From a virus (lineage: Duplodnaviria; Caudoviricetes), in the IMG/VR virus record IMGVR_UViG_3300037782_000038, positions 1-46,537 of that record: a stretch of DNA of 46,537 nucleotides, one strand, 5' to 3'. A model generated the notes under the pieces. It worked only from the letters and a program-made list of their open reading frames with translations. It was not told the origin of the DNA and searched no databases. The position numbers and the translations under genes were made by a program. Positions 44,472-46,537 of this stretch are shown here, piece by piece; the stretch's first letter is position 1, and every line of letters begins with the position of its first letter.

Positions 44472-44857
44472 TTTGATTTGATTTTATTGGTTATTGATTC
44501 AATTTGTTCTGAAATTATTCGAGCCTTCTCAAAGTCGTCCACCGCTACAGCGAGGTCTCGGTCCTGATGAAGAAAGTAAAGGTCTACCTTAAGGGATTGC
44601 AAATATAGAGATTTAGTCCCTTGAACCCACCCCTCTTTAAGTAGTAAATCTACTTCATAAGGTTTGAGCTCATCGTAAAAGTCCCTCTTAACTAAGGTGT
44701 TATAAACCTTTACCTCTTCTGTAATCAAGGATTTAACAATCTTATATCCGTTCTTGAAAACTGCTTCTTCTGTCGGGGTAGATATTTGCGTTGTCCCGTA
44801 GGTCAACCTAGATTCTACTGCCTCTTGAAACAGGTCTATCATATCTCGCTCAACCAT
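44468..44857 (-). CDS. Hypothetical protein with C-terminal UVR-like motif
   Basis: AVAVDDFEKARIISEQI resembles the UvrB/UvrC coiled motif. Confidence 0.6.
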   Translation of the reverse strand: MVERDMIDLFQEAVESRLTYGTTQISTPTEEAVFKNGYKIVKSLITEEVKVYNTLVKRDFYDELKPYEVDLLLKEGWVQGTKSLYLQSLKVDLYFLHQDRDLAVAVDDFEKARIISEQIESITNKIKSK

Positions 44858-45621
44858 CTATCTATCATTTTTTTGTATTCAGGAATCTCATTGTACAAAT
44901 TCTCCCATACCGCTACAGCATGGTTGATATTCTGTTGGGTGCATTCGAACCCGTTGACCACGAAGAAGTTTTGAATCTCGTGAGGAGGAACGCCACTCAT
45001 ATAGCATAGATACATGACCAATTGCCGTGTCCTGCTCAGAACTCGCTTTCTGTTTTTTCGGAATAGTCGCTCTCGGGTCACTCCGTAAACCCCTTCGGCA
45101 TTGCTTACATGCCTTTCAAAAATTTCTTGATTTACCATTGTATTTGCTTTCTTTTTTAATTGCGATAGGATTGTATCTCTTTGTATCATATAGATCGTAG
45201 AATACACAGACGGATCAAACCTTCTAATTTGCTTCACTAGATGAACGTGAGGTCGGATAATTGAGTCGTCTCCATGGAGCGTGCTAACCAAGTCAGTCAG
45301 GATCTTTTTCAACCTTTCATCCTGCTCGTTGTTAATCAACGACATGTATGCACCCCTGTCTATTTTCGAAACATCAGGCTCAAAAATGAGCATATCTAAC
45401 GCTCTTTTTCCGTCGGGCGATAGGTGGTTGCTTATGGTCATTACGGCCATCAGCAAGAACTTTGTTCTGTTCTCGGTGTAGCCGTTGACCTTAAGATCAG
45501 CCCACTCAATCCATTCAGCTCGAGCCTCTCGAATAGCCTTTTCTACCGACGTGTATTTACCGAACTTTTGGAGTCCGTTCTCGCAGGCATTTATTTTCTT
45601 CAATATAGGCTCTAACTGCAT
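44839..45621 (-). CDS. Protein with a C-terminal DnaA domain IV-like region
   Basis: VYGVTRERLFRKNRKRVLSRTRQLVMYLC parallels DnaA's 'dl.s..R...i...RqiamYl'; recognition helix is divergent. Confidence 0.6.
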   Translation of the reverse strand: MQLEPILKKINACENGLQKFGKYTSVEKAIREARAEWIEWADLKVNGYTENRTKFLLMAVMTISNHLSPDGKRALDMLIFEPDVSKIDRGAYMSLINNEQDERLKKILTDLVSTLHGDDSIIRPHVHLVKQIRRFDPSVYSTIYMIQRDTILSQLKKKANTMVNQEIFERHVSNAEGVYGVTRERLFRKNRKRVLSRTRQLVMYLCYMSGVPPHEIQNFFVVNGFECTQQNINHAVAVWENLYNEIPEYKKMIDRWLSEI

Positions 45622-46003
45622 TCCAATAATTTTTAGTCTGTTTGTATTTCATTCCGTTTGGACCACCGTTCCAGCATCGAGCGATTTGCTCGAGGGTGCT
45701 CTCTGAGTGATAGTATTGATACACCACAAAGAACATCTCTATGCTCTTTGCTCTGTCCCATCTATCATCAAGCGTGTACCTGATGTCTGAACCCCATAGC
45801 TGAAGTATGCGGTTAACTTCTCTGACCATAACAGGTCGAATCTGCAAGCAGCCTACAGCTAATTCACTCTCACGGTAAGCGCTGTCAATCCCTCTGCTTT
45901 CTACATAGATCATCGCTTCGACTAGATGAATGATCGAGTCGTTGCTTGCCGATGCGCTCCATCCTGAAAGCGCAATCAACATCCCGATAAATAACCGTTT
46001 CAT
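45557..46003 (-). CDS. Exported lysozyme-like protein (i-type/destabilase or SLT-like)
   Basis: Signal peptide MKRLFIGMLIALSGWSASA; AMIYVESRG, AVGCLQI and ARCWNGGP motifs. Confidence 0.75.
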   Translation of the reverse strand: MKRLFIGMLIALSGWSASASNDSIIHLVEAMIYVESRGIDSAYRESELAVGCLQIRPVMVREVNRILQLWGSDIRYTLDDRWDRAKSIEMFFVVYQYYHSESTLEQIARCWNGGPNGMKYKQTKNYWNAVRAYIEENKCLRERTPKVR

Positions 46004-46503
46004 AGATCTAATTCGATATCAGTAAACAGCTCCTTGGCATTTTTTACGTAGTTATTCCAGCATGCTTTCATTACTAGCTTGTAAGCCTTGTGCAACTGTT
46101 TGAAGGAAGCTATTTGGTCAGTCTCTTTCCTGTAGATTATTCGCATAGCATCCACCATATGGTAATCTGCCTTGTATCTGTCACGAGATGCGATGTCCGC
46201 AATCTCAAATGCCGACTGCATCTTACCGACGAGCTCTGCTTTAACCTGCTTTGCCCGTTTCATTGCATGATCGATCATTTCAACGGAGTTATTATTTCTC
46301 TCCGCATCGTCGAGCGCATTTTTAAGCTCTCTAGCAATGGAAGAAAACAGGAAGTTGTCGATGATCATTTTCATCTTGTCGCTGTACATTTTAGCAAGTT
46401 TATTCTTGGTGTACAGGTCAATGCTTCCTCTGTCGTATAGCGCCTGAAAAGCAACGAAGACAAGGTTGCCTCCGTACCGCTCGTTTATCTCGTCTACCGA
46501 CAC
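46000..46503 (-). CDS. Hypothetical protein
   Basis: 167-aa helical ORF with GTG start, ATGA-coupled downstream. Confidence 0.6.
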   Translation of the reverse strand: MSVDEINERYGGNLVFVAFQALYDRGSIDLYTKNKLAKMYSDKMKMIIDNFLFSSIARELKNALDDAERNNNSVEMIDHAMKRAKQVKAELVGKMQSAFEIADIASRDRYKADYHMVDAMRIIYRKETDQIASFKQLHKAYKLVMKACWNNYVKNAKELFTDIELDL

Positions 46504-46537
46504 CTTACTATCGTATCTGCTGAATGCCTGACATCGG

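Noticed and set aside
1-46537. Genome-wide stop-codon reassignment (TAG or TGA) as in some crAss-like phages
   Set aside because: Very long genes are open in the standard code; TAG (22820-22822, 39778-39780) and TGA end genes with normal coupling; no suppressor tRNA seen.
1-46537. Integrase, DNA polymerase or flanking host genes
   Set aside because: No such motifs recognised in this window; lifestyle cannot be decided from it.

Overview
This window is part of a tailed dsDNA phage genome, most likely a podovirus of a Bacteroidota (Flavobacteriia-like) host. That host call rests on TAnnTTTG promoter boxes, A-rich starts without Shine-Dalgarno motifs, and a crAss-like/Cellulophaga-phage-like head-tail gene order. 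There are two converging arms. The + arm (1-33908) holds tail fibre/lectin genes, a lysis cassette (holin, DUF5675 peptidase, unimolecular-spanin-like lipoprotein, with an inverted lipoprotein moron inside it), a GroES-like gene, terminase, portal, scaffold, major capsid, ring proteins, a split tail stabilisation protein, a GNAT and three ejection-type proteins, the last 2887 aa with an HExxH motif. The - arm (34058-46503) holds VRR-NUC, an SF2 helicase, two DnaA-domain-IV-like HTH proteins, SSB, a primase-helicase with an origin-like repeat region upstream, a PD-(D/E)xK exonuclease, a Sak3-like annealing protein and an exported lysozyme-like protein. The best candidate for an undescribed system is a tightly packed 600-nt RNA cluster at 38830-39423 (-). 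It runs tRNA-Ile2(CAT), an unrecognised ~225-nt multi-helix RNA, a 198-nt tRNA-shaped RNA, then tRNA-Arg(TCT). The 198-nt RNA has no normal anticodon loop, carries a ~125-nt insert and has some tmRNA-like traits. All calls come from motif recognition and hand folding; no searches were run.
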